DNA of 64,000 nucleotides, taken from positions 798 to 64,797 of the forward strand of contig JBPCXR010000086.1 of NCBI GenBank assembly GCA_051027215.1, written 5' to 3'. The stretch comes from Pseudomonadales bacterium. Lineage in GTDB: Bacteria; Pseudomonadota; Gammaproteobacteria; Pseudomonadales; Azotimanducaceae. Below are positions 11,355-21,086 of this stretch, in pieces. Position 1 is the first letter of the stretch, and each line of letters begins with the position of its first letter. The position numbers and the translations under genes are program-made. Under the pieces are notes generated by a model. It ran no database searches. It was not told where the DNA came from and worked only from the letters and a program-made list of their open reading frames with translations.

Positions 11355-14300
11355 ATGTTTCGAGCTTTGCGTATTTTGGCCTGGCGAGTGGCGGTGGCAA
11401 TAGCCCTGCTGCTGGCGCTTGGGCTAGCGGCAGGGCGGCTAGGTACTTTGTGGCTGGATGAGCAGCGTGCCAATCAGTGGCTTGAGCAGCTACTGCCCGG
11501 GGCGACCGTTGCAGCGCATGGCTTCGAGCTCTCCTGGCATCGATTCAATCCGGTGATTCGCATCGAGTCACTGACTCTGGGCGACAGCCGTATTCAAGGT
11601 CTCACCATCAAACCAGATTGGATGGAGAGCTTGTGGCGTTGGGGTCCTGTGCTGCGGCACTTTGGCAATACCGACGCGAACCTTCGTTTCGAACAGACCA
11701 GTAGCGGTGCCTGGGCACTCGCTGGCATGCCCAGCGCTGAAGGCGGACTTGATTGGCAAACGTTGCTGGAGCATAGCGACCAGCTGATGTTGAGTGCGGA
11801 GCTGGCTTTTGCCACCAAGCAACAACCTAGCCCGCATCTGGCACTCGCCATACAAGCCCGCAATCAACGTGCGAGCCGACGTTGGGATCTGCAGCTGTTT
11901 GACCCTGATTGTCCGACTCGCTGTCGGCTTGCTGTGGATCTAGAGGAGCGCTTACGAGTGCCGTTGTTGCAGCAGGCCTCTCTAGCCATGGTGGCTGCAA
12001 CTGTGGGGGATGGAGTCCGGATCCCAGCCGCCCTTTTGGGGGGTACGGCTCTGCGGGTTTCCCGCGCGGATGTGCGATGGGATGCTAGCGCTCGCGACTG
12101 GCGGACCTACGCCAAAGGCATGGCTGACCGGGGTACGAAGCAGGAACCGATTGCTGGCCGGTTGGAGGTTGATCTGGCCATCGCCGACATTACCCTGCCC
12201 GGCGGACGGCCTTTCGATCTCACCGTGTCGGCTCGAGGATCCAGCCACCCCGGCTATGCGCTAGCTCGTAGCTTTGATGCCGTGGTGACTCACGACGGTG
12301 AAACCTTGGCGCTGCCGGAGTTTTGGCTGCGCTGGTTGCCGGGACGGCTGCAACTTTATGCGCCGAGATTTGATTTGCGCGCTGCCCTAGCTCAGGCAGG
12401 GCGGAGTCGATTGCCGGACGATGTGATAGGGCAATGGCTCCGTGCCTTAGCCATTGAGGGGGAATTGAGCGGGTTGCAGGGGCAGCATGATCTAACCGCC
12501 GGGCATTGGTCCTGGCGGGCGCAGCTGCGGCGTGGTGCGATGACTGGGCACCAAGGTGCGCCAACCGCAGATGCGCTGTCGGGCCAGCTGTTTGGCTATG
12601 AACGTGGTCTCAGGGCCAATATTCATGCCTCCGCATCGACCGTGGGTTTTCCGGGGGTATTCAACGATCTTTGGCCAGTTCGTGACCTGCAAGCTGAGTT
12701 GGAGCTGCACTGGCGTACGAAATTTTTGGTCCTGCTGGGTCGAAAGCTCGACGCGGAGCTGGTCCAGGGCGATGTCAGCGCACCTCATCTGCACGGCACA
12801 TTCCGCTTGGCTGTTCCGGGCGACCGGCTTGAGCAGACGCTGGCGTTACAACTCAACACTACACAGTTGAGCATGAACACCATCAAGCGTTTCCTCCCTA
12901 GCAAACTCAATCCCGGGCTGCGCCGCTGGCTGCTGACTGCGCCACAGGACGGCTTGGTCAATGACGTGCGCATGGGTTTTATGGGCTATGTACGTAATCG
13001 GCAAGCGCCGAATACCCGACGTATGGCGATGCTGGGCACATTGGCGCAGTCCAGCATTCGCTTTGATGAGCGTTGGCCCAGCGTAAGCCAGCTAGCTGGC
13101 GAATTCGAAATTTCCGGGCAGGCCGCATCTATGTACCTCAGCCATGGTATGAGTGAAGGTGTGGCGCTCGCGGGCACACGCATACAGATTCCTGCGCGGG
13201 CGGGGCGAGTAGAGCTGTCGCTGGTGAGTGAGTTTGATGGAGCGGATGGCTTGAAGTACATCCGGCGCTCGCCGTTGCTGCAATCTCTGCCCTTTATCGA
13301 ACCGGACTGGACGGCCGCCGGTGCGATGAAGGTGGATGGTGCTGTTTCGATACCTTTGGGAGAAGTAAGTCCGAGCAACCCGATCAAGACAGATCTAGGC
13401 ATTCGGCTGGTGAACGTTGACCTACAGATTCCCTCACTGCGAACGGCGCTCAGCGGATTGAACGGGCCATTGCGGATGCAAACACCAAGATTGCTTAGCG
13501 GAGGCGACATCGGTGGTGCACTGAACGGGCAAGCGCTGCAGTTCGATGTTGCTAGCAGTCACGACGAGATTGCCTTTGCGTTTCGAGGCACCAGCGTGCC
13601 AATGCAGGTGTATGAGCTGTTGGGTTTGAGTGATCCTGGTTTTGCCAGCGGCCAAACACAGTACTCGGGTACCTTAAAGTTCCCTACCCCATTGCCCGAT
13701 GGCGCCAGCTCGGCGCCGGTGTTGAGCGTACAAACTGACTTGGCAGGGATTGCCCTGGACTTGCCTGGAGAGCTTGGCAAGGACGCGGAAGATTTACGCT
13801 TGACCGAGGTTACGGCGACCTTTTCCGACCCACAGCAGCATGTCGTCTTATCTCAAGCTGCTCTGCGAGCTTCTATGCAGATGGCACAAGGCAGCGTGGT
13901 GTCTGGTGAAATGCGCCTGTTGGGGGAGCCAGTAGCGGTTGATGCTGCCTACATAGACGCCGTTGTTGGTGCGGTAAATAGCGATGCCCGCGGGCTGGTC
14001 GTTAGCGGAACGCTGGCTGAGCTGCCGATAACCGCTGGCGCAGCGGGCAGTTTGTTTGGCGACGTTCCAGTTCGTATCGGTCAACTCAATGTCGGCTCGC
14101 TATTGGCAGATGACACCAACCTAGGTGCTGTTGCGATCGCCGGCAGCATGCTCGGCGATTCCATGGACTTACACATTGCCGGGGAGCGTTTGGCAGGCAG
14201 AGTAAGCCAGACAGACAACCAGCCGCTGGTAGTAGATCTTGAGCGTTTGCAGATGCCGGAAACCGGCAGCCGGGGTACGCCTCTGGCCGAGCTCGACGTG

Positions 14301-15284
14301 CGCCTGGTGACCGAACCCGACCGAATACGTGAGCAGGTCAGCGTCAGCACAGTGGTGGAGTTAGCCGCGGATCCGCTACCCATCTCCCTGCAAGCCCAGC
14401 TACCAACCGCAACCGTCAATGTGGCGGCGTTGCAGTTCGGCGAGGAGGACTATGGTCGCTGGTCCTTCGCCATGGCGCCTGAAGCAGATGGTATACGCTT
14501 TACCGAGCTGTCCGCGCTAGTGAAGGGCATTGCGATAGAGGCCCCGGAAGTGTTCTGGCAGCAGCAACCGAACCGTACCCAGTTTGCTGGTGAGCTGAGC
14601 GCCGAAAACTTGGCTGAGGTACTGCCACGCTTGGGTTACGCAGCGACCATTGAAACGCAGTCATCGGGGATGCAGGCCGACCTCAGCTGGCCTGGCTCAC
14701 CGGTTAATTTCAACCTACTGAGCATGAACGGCAACGTCGACTTCAATGCCAAAAATGGCCGTTTCATCGAAGTTGAGAGCGGCAATAACGCGCTGCGCAT
14801 CTTCAGCTTGTTGAACTTCAGCGCCCTGGCAAAGCGTATGAACCTGGACTTTTCTGATGTACTAGGCCGCGGAATCAGCTTCGAATCTCTCGAGGCCGAT
14901 GTGGCGTTGCTCGATGGCGATTTGCGTTTTCGCCAACCGATGGAAGTAACGGGCACGGGTTCCCAGTTTCGCTTGAGCGGGACGGTGGATTTGGACACCG
15001 GTGCGCTGGCGAATGACATGATTGTCACATTGCCTTTGAGCAAAGGCCTGCCTTGGTATGCGGCCTATGTGGCCATTGCCAACCCGCTTGCCGGGCTTGG
15101 CGTCTTGGTTGGCGAGCGGGTGCTCGCTAAACCCCTAGAGCAATTGAGCAGCGCCCGTTATCGCATTACCGGTACCCTGGAAAACCCCAAGGCAAAGCTT
15201 GTTAAAGTATTCGAAAACAAAATGGAAGCGGAGCTGCCCGTCGATAAGCAGGCAGCTGCCAGCACAGAGGAACCTAGCGAATGA
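11355..15284 (+). CDS. yhdP: YhdP family (AsmA-like) envelope phospholipid-transport protein
   Basis: 1309 aa with an N-terminal TM anchor. It has the size and the position after rng seen in E. coli and Pseudomonas. Confidence 0.85.
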   Translation: MFRALRILAWRVAVAIALLLALGLAAGRLGTLWLDEQRANQWLEQLLPGATVAAHGFELSWHRFNPVIRIESLTLGDSRIQGLTIKPDWMESLWRWGPVLRHFGNTDANLRFEQTSSGAWALAGMPSAEGGLDWQTLLEHSDQLMLSAELAFATKQQPSPHLALAIQARNQRASRRWDLQLFDPDCPTRCRLAVDLEERLRVPLLQQASLAMVAATVGDGVRIPAALLGGTALRVSRADVRWDASARDWRTYAKGMADRGTKQEPIAGRLEVDLAIADITLPGGRPFDLTVSARGSSHPGYALARSFDAVVTHDGETLALPEFWLRWLPGRLQLYAPRFDLRAALAQAGRSRLPDDVIGQWLRALAIEGELSGLQGQHDLTAGHWSWRAQLRRGAMTGHQGAPTADALSGQLFGYERGLRANIHASASTVGFPGVFNDLWPVRDLQAELELHWRTKFLVLLGRKLDAELVQGDVSAPHLHGTFRLAVPGDRLEQTLALQLNTTQLSMNTIKRFLPSKLNPGLRRWLLTAPQDGLVNDVRMGFMGYVRNRQAPNTRRMAMLGTLAQSSIRFDERWPSVSQLAGEFEISGQAASMYLSHGMSEGVALAGTRIQIPARAGRVELSLVSEFDGADGLKYIRRSPLLQSLPFIEPDWTAAGAMKVDGAVSIPLGEVSPSNPIKTDLGIRLVNVDLQIPSLRTALSGLNGPLRMQTPRLLSGGDIGGALNGQALQFDVASSHDEIAFAFRGTSVPMQVYELLGLSDPGFASGQTQYSGTLKFPTPLPDGASSAPVLSVQTDLAGIALDLPGELGKDAEDLRLTEVTATFSDPQQHVVLSQAALRASMQMAQGSVVSGEMRLLGEPVAVDAAYIDAVVGAVNSDARGLVVSGTLAELPITAGAAGSLFGDVPVRIGQLNVGSLLADDTNLGAVAIAGSMLGDSMDLHIAGERLAGRVSQTDNQPLVVDLERLQMPETGSRGTPLAELDVRLVTEPDRIREQVSVSTVVELAADPLPISLQAQLPTATVNVAALQFGEEDYGRWSFAMAPEADGIRFTELSALVKGIAIEAPEVFWQQQPNRTQFAGELSAENLAEVLPRLGYAATIETQSSGMQADLSWPGSPVNFNLLSMNGNVDFNAKNGRFIEVESGNNALRIFSLLNFSALAKRMNLDFSDVLGRGISFESLEADVALLDGDLRFRQPMEVTGTGSQFRLSGTVDLDTGALANDMIVTLPLSKGLPWYAAYVAIANPLAGLGVLVGERVLAKPLEQLSSARYRITGTLENPKAKLVKVFENKMEAELPVDKQAAASTEEPSE

Positions 15285-16729
15285 CCAATCCCATAGCTCA
15301 GGCACGCATTGCTCTGCTCGATCCGGCAGGCATTGGTGATGCCGACGCAGTTCGGGTGCTCAATCACCTCATGGGCCGTGCCGTGGACTTGGGAGAGCTG
15401 TTTTTCCAGCATCAACGCGCAGAGAGCTGGATGCTGGAAGATGGCATTGTCAAAGATGGTTCTTACAGTGTCGATCGAGGTGTGGGCGTTCGCGCAGTGG
15501 CCGGTGAAAAAACCGGGTTTGCCTACGCTGAGGACATTGTCTTGCCGGCGCTAACCAGCGCCGCAGATGCAGCGCGTAGCATTACCCGTCAAGGTGCCAG
15601 CGGTGCAGTTCAGGTCGGCGGCGGAGCAGTTACCGCTCCTGCGCGCTATCGCAGTGTTGATCCTTTGGCCTCGAAAAACGAAAAAGACAAGGTTGCATTG
15701 CTAGAGCTGGGCGACAAGGCTGCCCGTGATGCAGACGAGCGGGTTAAAGAGGTAACCGTACGCTTGTCGGCTAATCATGAATCTTTGCTGGTGGTGGCCA
15801 GTGACGGTACCTTGGCTGGTGACGTGCGGCCACTGGTGCGCTTCGATGTCTCCGTAATAGTCGAGCAAGGTGGCCGGCGCGAGCGAGGCAACGCCGGTTG
15901 CGGCGGTCGCGGCGAGATCGCGGATTTCATCACCGCTGCAAGCGTGCAGGAGCTGGCAGCGGAGGCGGTCCGCACCGCGCTTATCAACTTGGAGGCCATA
16001 GACGCCCCCGCGGGACCAATGCCCGTGGTGTTGGGCGCAGGCTGGCCAGGCGTGCTCTTGCACGAAGCTGTTGGCCATGGCTTGGAGGGTGATTTCAACC
16101 GCAAGGGTAGTTCGGCATTTGCCGGTCGCGTTGGCGAGCAGGTGGCCTCGACCCTGTGCACAGTGGTGGATGACGGCACCCTGGTCGACCGTCGAGGTTC
16201 GCTCAGCATCGATGACGAAGGTACACCAACGGGCGAGACCGTGTTGATCGAAAACGGAATACTTAAGGGTTACCTCCAGGATAAGCTGAACGCTCGATTA
16301 ATGGGCGTCGCGCCGACGGGGAACGGTCGTCGGCAATCCTATGCTCACGTGCCAATGCCACGTATGACCAATACCTTCATGCGAGCCGGTGAGCATGCGC
16401 CGGAGGAAATGGTGCGTAGCGTTAAAAAGGGCGTATACGCCGTCAACTTTGGCGGCGGCCAGGTAGACATTACTTCTGGCCGCTTCGTGTTCTCTGCCAC
16501 TGAGGCGTACTTGATTGAGAACGGTGAAGTGACGGCGCCGATTCGAGGCGCGACGCTAGTTGGCGACGGTCCGACGGTGATGCAGCAGGTCTCTATGGTT
16601 GGTAATGATCTAAAGCTAGATGCCGGCGTGGGGGTGTGTGGCAAAGACGGACAGTCCGTGCCCGTGGGTGTGGGCCAACCGACGCTTAAGGTGGACGAGA
16701 TAGTTGTCGGGGGCACCCAGGCCTCCTGA
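15281..16729 (+). CDS. tldD: metalloprotease TldD
   Basis: 482 aa with the [11 protein letters not shown] zinc motif. It overlaps the yhdP stop. Confidence 0.95.
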   Translation: MTNPIAQARIALLDPAGIGDADAVRVLNHLMGRAVDLGELFFQHQRAESWMLEDGIVKDGSYSVDRGVGVRAVAGEKTGFAYAEDIVLPALTSAADAARSITRQGASGAVQVGGGAVTAPARYRSVDPLASKNEKDKVALLELGDKAARDADERVKEVTVRLSANHESLLVVASDGTLAGDVRPLVRFDVSVIVEQGGRRERGNAGCGGRGEIADFITAASVQELAAEAVRTALINLEAIDAPAGPMPVVLGAGWPGVLLHEAVGHGLEGDFNRKGSSAFAGRVGEQVASTLCTVVDDGTLVDRRGSLSIDDEGTPTGETVLIENGILKGYLQDKLNARLMGVAPTGNGRRQSYAHVPMPRMTNTFMRAGEHAPEEMVRSVKKGVYAVNFGGGQVDITSGRFVFSATEAYLIENGEVTAPIRGATLVGDGPTVMQQVSMVGNDLKLDAGVGVCGKDGQSVPVGVGQPTLKVDEIVVGGTQAS

Positions 16730-16827
16730 GGGTCGAACTGCCCTCGTGGCGGCCTTACCCGCGCCCCCAAGCCCACATTCTGCCCACGCCTGTGCAACCC
16801 CTGCGCTTTTCTGCGCCAGTCGGATTG

Positions 16828-16852
16828 ACCGCTGGTCGTTAACCGCTGGTCG
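16828..16852. promoter_or_regulatory. tandem 11-mers ACCGCTGGTCG x2 (14-bp period), each with an internal GACC-N3-GGTC dyad; candidate operator
   Basis: Read directly, about 60 nt upstream of the PQQ dehydrogenase start. Confidence 0.35.
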
Positions 16853-16908
16853 ACTTATGATCCCAAGCAGGCAAGATAATCTAATAGCGGCACGATCGAG
16901 GGGGGAGC

Positions 16909-19134
16909 ATGCGCGCTTTTATTGGGATCATCATCGTGGTCATCGTTGCCGCGATCGCTTACAACTTCGTCTCTCGGCAATCGCCGGACGCGCCAGAAGC
17001 GCAGGGATCGACAGTCGGTGCACCGACGGCGTCTGCAGCTGAGCCTAGCATTGGCCTGATTGATGACGCGCGCATAGTCGACGCCGAATCCGAACCAGGC
17101 AACTGGCTCGCCTACGGCCGCACCTATGAGGAGCAGCGCTTCTCACCGCTCAATGCAATCAATCGCGACAACGTCGGCAATCTAGGGCTTGCGTGGTTTA
17201 GAGACATGGGCACTAATCGGGCGCAAGAGTCCACGCCCATTGTCGTTGACGGCATCATGTTCTTCACCAGCACCTGGAGTCGTGTGCACGCGGTAAAGGC
17301 CGCCACCGGTGAATCGGTTTGGGATTACGATCCGCAGGTCCCTCGAGAATGGGGTCGCCGAGCCTGTTGCGATGTCGTCAACAGAGGAGTCGCTGTCTAC
17401 AAGGGCCGGGTTTACTTCGGCAGCCTAGACGGGCGGCTGATCGCGCTCGATGCTGCCACGGGTGACAAGGTCTGGGAGGTAGACACCATCACCGACCGTG
17501 ACCGTTACTACACCATCACCGGTGCCCCAAGAGCGGCGAAAGGCAAGATCTTCATCGGCAATGGCGGCGCGGAGTTTGGCGTGCGCGGCTATGTTACTGC
17601 TTACGATGCTGCAAGCGGCGAGCAAGCCTGGCGCTTTTACACCGTCCCTGGTGATCCTTCGCTGCCCTTCGAGCATCCAGAAATGGAGGTTGCCGCAGAG
17701 ACCTGGAAAGGTGGCAATTGGTGGGAGGTTGGCGGCGGTGGCACCGTCTGGAATTCCATTGTCTACGATCCCGATTTCAATAACGTGTATTTGGGTGTGG
17801 GCAACGGCGCGCCCTGGACTCGCGCAATCCGCTCACCGGGCGGCGGCGACAATTTGTTCCTGTCTTCCATCGTCGCCCTCGATGCGGATACCGGGGCCAT
17901 GAAGTGGTACTACCAGACCACGCCTGGCGACAATTGGGACTACACCGCCGTGCAAGACATGGCCCTTGCCGATATGGAAGTAGACGGCGAGATGAAAAAG
18001 GTGCTGCTGCAGGCGCCGAAGAACGGCTTCTTTTACGTTATCGATCGCGCAGACGGCAAGCTGCTACGCGCTAACAAATATGCCACTGTGACGTGGGCCA
18101 CCCATGTTGATCTGACCACCGGCCGACCAGTCGAAAACCCCGAGCTAGATTACATAGAGAACGAAAAGTGGATTCTTCCGGGGCCGCTGGGTGCGCATAA
18201 CTGGCAAGCCATGTCGGTAGATGAGGAAGCTGGATTGGTCTACATACCGGCCCAGGACAACCCACTAATCTACGGCATGAACGAAGAGTGGAAACAGACG
18301 GGACTTTACAAGCGCAACCCAGGCCGCTGGAATACCGGTATCGAGTTTGGTCGAATCGCGCAACTGTTTGTCGACAATCTCGATGATCAACCCACACCCA
18401 AGGGCTACCTGAAAGCCTTTGATCCGTTGACGGGTAAAGATGTTTGGGTGGTGGAAATTCCGCACTATTGGAACGGCGGCGTGCTTGGCACCGCCGGTGG
18501 CCTGGTTTTCCAAGGCGACGCACTGGGTATGTTCTCTGCCTATGACAAGACCAACGGTGAGGCACTGTGGCAATTCAATACCTACACCAGCATGTTGGCA
18601 CCGCCGATAACGTTCGAGATCGACGGTACCCAGTACGTATCTATCTTGACCGGCAACGGCGGCGGTGATCTCTTTTCTGGTGAAGCCATGGATCCAGTGG
18701 CCACGCCCGCGTCAGAGACCTACGGCAATTACGGACGCCTGCTGGTTTTCAAACTCGGTGGCGTCGAGACCCTGCCAATTCCGAACCCGGTGGACAAGAC
18801 CATTCCCGAGCAACAGCTGGCGGAAGTCAGCGATGAAGAAGTCGCTGTAGGTGAGCGTACTTACAACACTTACTGTGCCGTCTGCCATGGCCTGGTCGTG
18901 CGCTCTGGTGGCGCCATCGCAGACCTTCGTCGCATGAACGAGGCTACTCACCAAATCTTTAACCAGATTGTTCTGGATGGCGCGTTTGCTGGGAAGGGCA
19001 TGGCAGGGTTTAACGATGTGCTTACCGCAGAAGACGCCCAGCGCGTGCATCACTATGTGCGTGCGCGGGCACATGAGGATAGGCAGTTCGCACTCGGTGT
19101 AACCGACGATCCGAAGCTGACCTGGCTGAACTGA
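16909..19134 (+). CDS. PQQ-dependent quinohemoprotein alcohol dehydrogenase (PQQ beta-propeller plus C-terminal cytochrome c domain)
   Basis: 741 aa. It has the vicinal Cys pair RRACCDVVNRG typical of PQQ-ADH, repeated W-containing propeller blades and the C-terminal heme motif CAVCHG. The N-terminus is hydrophobic (signal or anchor). Confidence 0.9.
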   Translation: MRAFIGIIIVVIVAAIAYNFVSRQSPDAPEAQGSTVGAPTASAAEPSIGLIDDARIVDAESEPGNWLAYGRTYEEQRFSPLNAINRDNVGNLGLAWFRDMGTNRAQESTPIVVDGIMFFTSTWSRVHAVKAATGESVWDYDPQVPREWGRRACCDVVNRGVAVYKGRVYFGSLDGRLIALDAATGDKVWEVDTITDRDRYYTITGAPRAAKGKIFIGNGGAEFGVRGYVTAYDAASGEQAWRFYTVPGDPSLPFEHPEMEVAAETWKGGNWWEVGGGGTVWNSIVYDPDFNNVYLGVGNGAPWTRAIRSPGGGDNLFLSSIVALDADTGAMKWYYQTTPGDNWDYTAVQDMALADMEVDGEMKKVLLQAPKNGFFYVIDRADGKLLRANKYATVTWATHVDLTTGRPVENPELDYIENEKWILPGPLGAHNWQAMSVDEEAGLVYIPAQDNPLIYGMNEEWKQTGLYKRNPGRWNTGIEFGRIAQLFVDNLDDQPTPKGYLKAFDPLTGKDVWVVEIPHYWNGGVLGTAGGLVFQGDALGMFSAYDKTNGEALWQFNTYTSMLAPPITFEIDGTQYVSILTGNGGGDLFSGEAMDPVATPASETYGNYGRLLVFKLGGVETLPIPNPVDKTIPEQQLAEVSDEEVAVGERTYNTYCAVCHGLVVRSGGAIADLRRMNEATHQIFNQIVLDGAFAGKGMAGFNDVLTAEDAQRVHHYVRARAHEDRQFALGVTDDPKLTWLN

Positions 19135-19168
19135 CCATCTGCAGCGCTTGCGTAGTTGCCGGTCAGTT
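19129..19168. terminator. possible bidirectional hairpin AACTGACC-N24-GGTCAGTT containing both convergent stop codons
   Basis: Inverted repeat read directly. The large loop and the lack of a U-tract make it weak. Confidence 0.25.
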
Positions 19169-19723
19169 AGATAAGGATTTTGGCGGCAACGCGGGCGGCG
19201 GCACGCGGACAAACTCGAAGTTCGGTCGTTCGCCGCCGTTGCCGGTGACCGCTTGCGTGCCCGCATCCTGCGTACCGGTTGCTGTTTCGCTTTGTTTGCC
19301 GACCAGGCTGCGACCCAGACTGCCGTTAAGCAACTCACCCTCTTCTATCTGCGCCAGAGCTGCTTGGGCTGCTTCCGCGGACGCTTCGTTCCATTGCACA
19401 CGATGAGCCCGGGGAGCACCTACGGGCAGGCCCGCTTCATCCAGTGATCGTACCCAGAAGTAGATAAAACCCGGCTCTTGTGTGGTTTTGTCTGGTTCGT
19501 CCATGGCGATCCACAGGACTCGAAAGTCAGCTGGCATGGCTGCCGGTGTGGCCCAACCCATGACGCCGTTGAGGCCAATCCAGCTAAAGCCATAGAGACC
19601 GGTCACAACTGCGATGGCTGCCGCTTTGACTGAGCGGGCGTAACGTGTCGCCAGGTTCAGCGACAGCAACAACGCGGCCACCGCTGCGTAGGCGATGGCA
19701 AGCAATATGATCGACGTGGTCAC
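19163..19723 (-). CDS. hypothetical 2-TM membrane protein with a Pro-rich tail (third gene of the stator-like cassette)
   Basis: 186 aa with two N-terminal hydrophobic helices, a soluble domain, a T/G/Q-rich stretch and VPPPALPPK. Its start overlaps the upstream stop (19720-19723). Confidence 0.7.
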   Translation of the reverse strand: MTTSIILLAIAYAAVAALLLSLNLATRYARSVKAAAIAVVTGLYGFSWIGLNGVMGWATPAAMPADFRVLWIAMDEPDKTTQEPGFIYFWVRSLDEAGLPVGAPRAHRVQWNEASAEAAQAALAQIEEGELLNGSLGRSLVGKQSETATGTQDAGTQAVTGNGGERPNFEFVRVPPPALPPKSLSN

Positions 19724-20337
19724 TTAGCGTCCTTTAACGCGCGTGTTAAAAGCGTCTTCGGCAGCTCGCTGGTACCAGCGACCTTGCCTTCTGCATCGAT
19801 CGTAAAGCGCACCGCAGTTTGCTCGTCCCCCGTACCAGTGAGCTCACGGGTTCCGTAGTAGACCAGTGCGACCGATGGATTGAGCTTCTCCACCTTAACG
19901 GTCACCGGTAGCGGTGCCGCGTAGTTAGACTGGTAGTGCAGCAGGTTTACCACGTACTCCCCCGGCTGCAAGGCGCGCACCGTCACGGTCTCTTGGTTGA
20001 TCGGGTTCGAAACCACCTTCCCATCGAGCTCGATGCGGTCGGCAAACAGGCCCCGATCGTCTCTGTCCAGGTGCATGAGGCTACTGTCGCGGTTGTGATA
20101 CCAGACCAGATTTCCCTGTGGGCCTTCAACCAGGGTATCGACGTCGTCCGGATGCCGATCTGCCCATTGCACGGTGATGAGCACTTCTGCTTTGGAGTCG
20201 ATTGCGCCGGTGTTTTCGGGGTCTCGAATCAGCGCGAAAGCGGCGATGAACATAAACGCAAAACCCAGCAGGACATTGAACAGCAAATCGGTGAACGCAT
20301 CCTGTGCCTCTGTTTGCTTGTAGATCCCGTGGCGCAT
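19720..20337 (-). CDS. bitopic MotB/ExbD/TolR-like partner protein with a non-canonical periplasmic domain
   Basis: 205 aa with a single TM entered by an Asp (AFTDLLFNVLLGFAFMFI). The periplasmic part of about 160 aa is beta-rich and I can see no OmpA-like motif. Confidence 0.65.
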   Translation of the reverse strand: MRHGIYKQTEAQDAFTDLLFNVLLGFAFMFIAAFALIRDPENTGAIDSKAEVLITVQWADRHPDDVDTLVEGPQGNLVWYHNRDSSLMHLDRDDRGLFADRIELDGKVVSNPINQETVTVRALQPGEYVVNLLHYQSNYAAPLPVTVKVEKLNPSVALVYYGTRELTGTGDEQTAVRFTIDAEGKVAGTSELPKTLLTRALKDAK

Positions 20338-20351
20338 CGCGTTGCAGCGGG

Positions 20352-21086
20352 TTAGCCGGCGGCCCGCTTGAGCGCAGCCTGCGATGCTGGTTGTAGCCGA
20401 GCATCGACCAGAACGGCAAGCCGAGTGACCAGCTGCGCTGCTGACGCATCGAGTATGTGGTACTGGAGCTTCAGCAGAGTACTGGTAATCAGGCCAGCTA
20501 GCGTCGTATACAGCGCTACTGCCATCCCACCGCTCATTGACGTCAACAGCTTTTGCATCGTGCTCGCATCGATCCCTTGCATTTCCGCGATTGGCAGGAG
20601 CATAAAGATGAAGCCGACGATGGTGCCGAGTAGGCCAAGGCGAAGTAATACGTCGCTCAGGAAATGCCCAAATGCATGACCGTTGGCAATCTCGTCACCC
20701 ACTGCTTCCACCAATACTTCAGCGTCTTTGGCATTGCCTTTATATGCCAAGCTTTCTCGAAATCGACGGATGCTGCCGGACGGAGCAGTAGCGTTGCTCT
20801 GCGCCTCTGTCTGCAGATCTGTCAGCGCCTGCCCGTCCTTAACAGCAGACTCCAATATCGCGAACTGCTGTTGCTCAGTGCTGAGCTTTTGCGCCAACCA
20901 AATCCAGTGACCGCTGGCGAGCAGATAAATTCCGAGTATGACGTAAGAGATATAGCTCTTGTCCGAGTCGAGTGCCAACTGCACAAGCCCACGCTCAATG
21001 GCGATGAAAAAGCCGAAGCCGATCAAGCCGGCGATAATGAATGCCCGTAGTACGAGGTTCGCGCCTGTTCTTTGCAACGTGGTCAT
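20352..21086 (-). CDS. MotA/TolQ/ExbB proton-channel family protein
   Basis: 244 aa with four hydrophobic segments and the family signature LGLLGTIVGF ... GGMAVALYTTLAGLITS. Its ATG overlaps the yjgA stop (ATGA at 21083-21086). Confidence 0.8.
   Translation of the reverse strand: MTTLQRTGANLVLRAFIIAGLIGFGFFIAIERGLVQLALDSDKSYISYVILGIYLLASGHWIWLAQKLSTEQQQFAILESAVKDGQALTDLQTEAQSNATAPSGSIRRFRESLAYKGNAKDAEVLVEAVGDEIANGHAFGHFLSDVLLRLGLLGTIVGFIFMLLPIAEMQGIDASTMQKLLTSMSGGMAVALYTTLAGLITSTLLKLQYHILDASAAQLVTRLAVLVDARLQPASQAALKRAAG

Noticed and set aside
12986-13510. 174-aa minus-strand ORF, plus several others of 60-135 aa inside 11355-15284
   Set aside because: All are antisense or off-frame within the continuous 1309-aa YhdP frame.
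18712-19338. 208-aa minus-strand ORF bridging the ADH 3' end and the cassette
   Set aside because: It overlaps two better-supported genes in other frames and is Arg-rich and low in complexity.
19163-21086. Interpreting the stator cassette as a Zorya-like anti-phage system or as an ordinary TonB/Tol system
   Set aside because: ZorA proteins are much larger with a long cytoplasmic tail, ZorB carries a peptidoglycan-binding domain, and ZorC/D-type effectors are absent. No TonB, TolA, TolB or Pal-like ORF is adjacent. Neither label is supportable from the sequence alone, so it is reported as unassigned.
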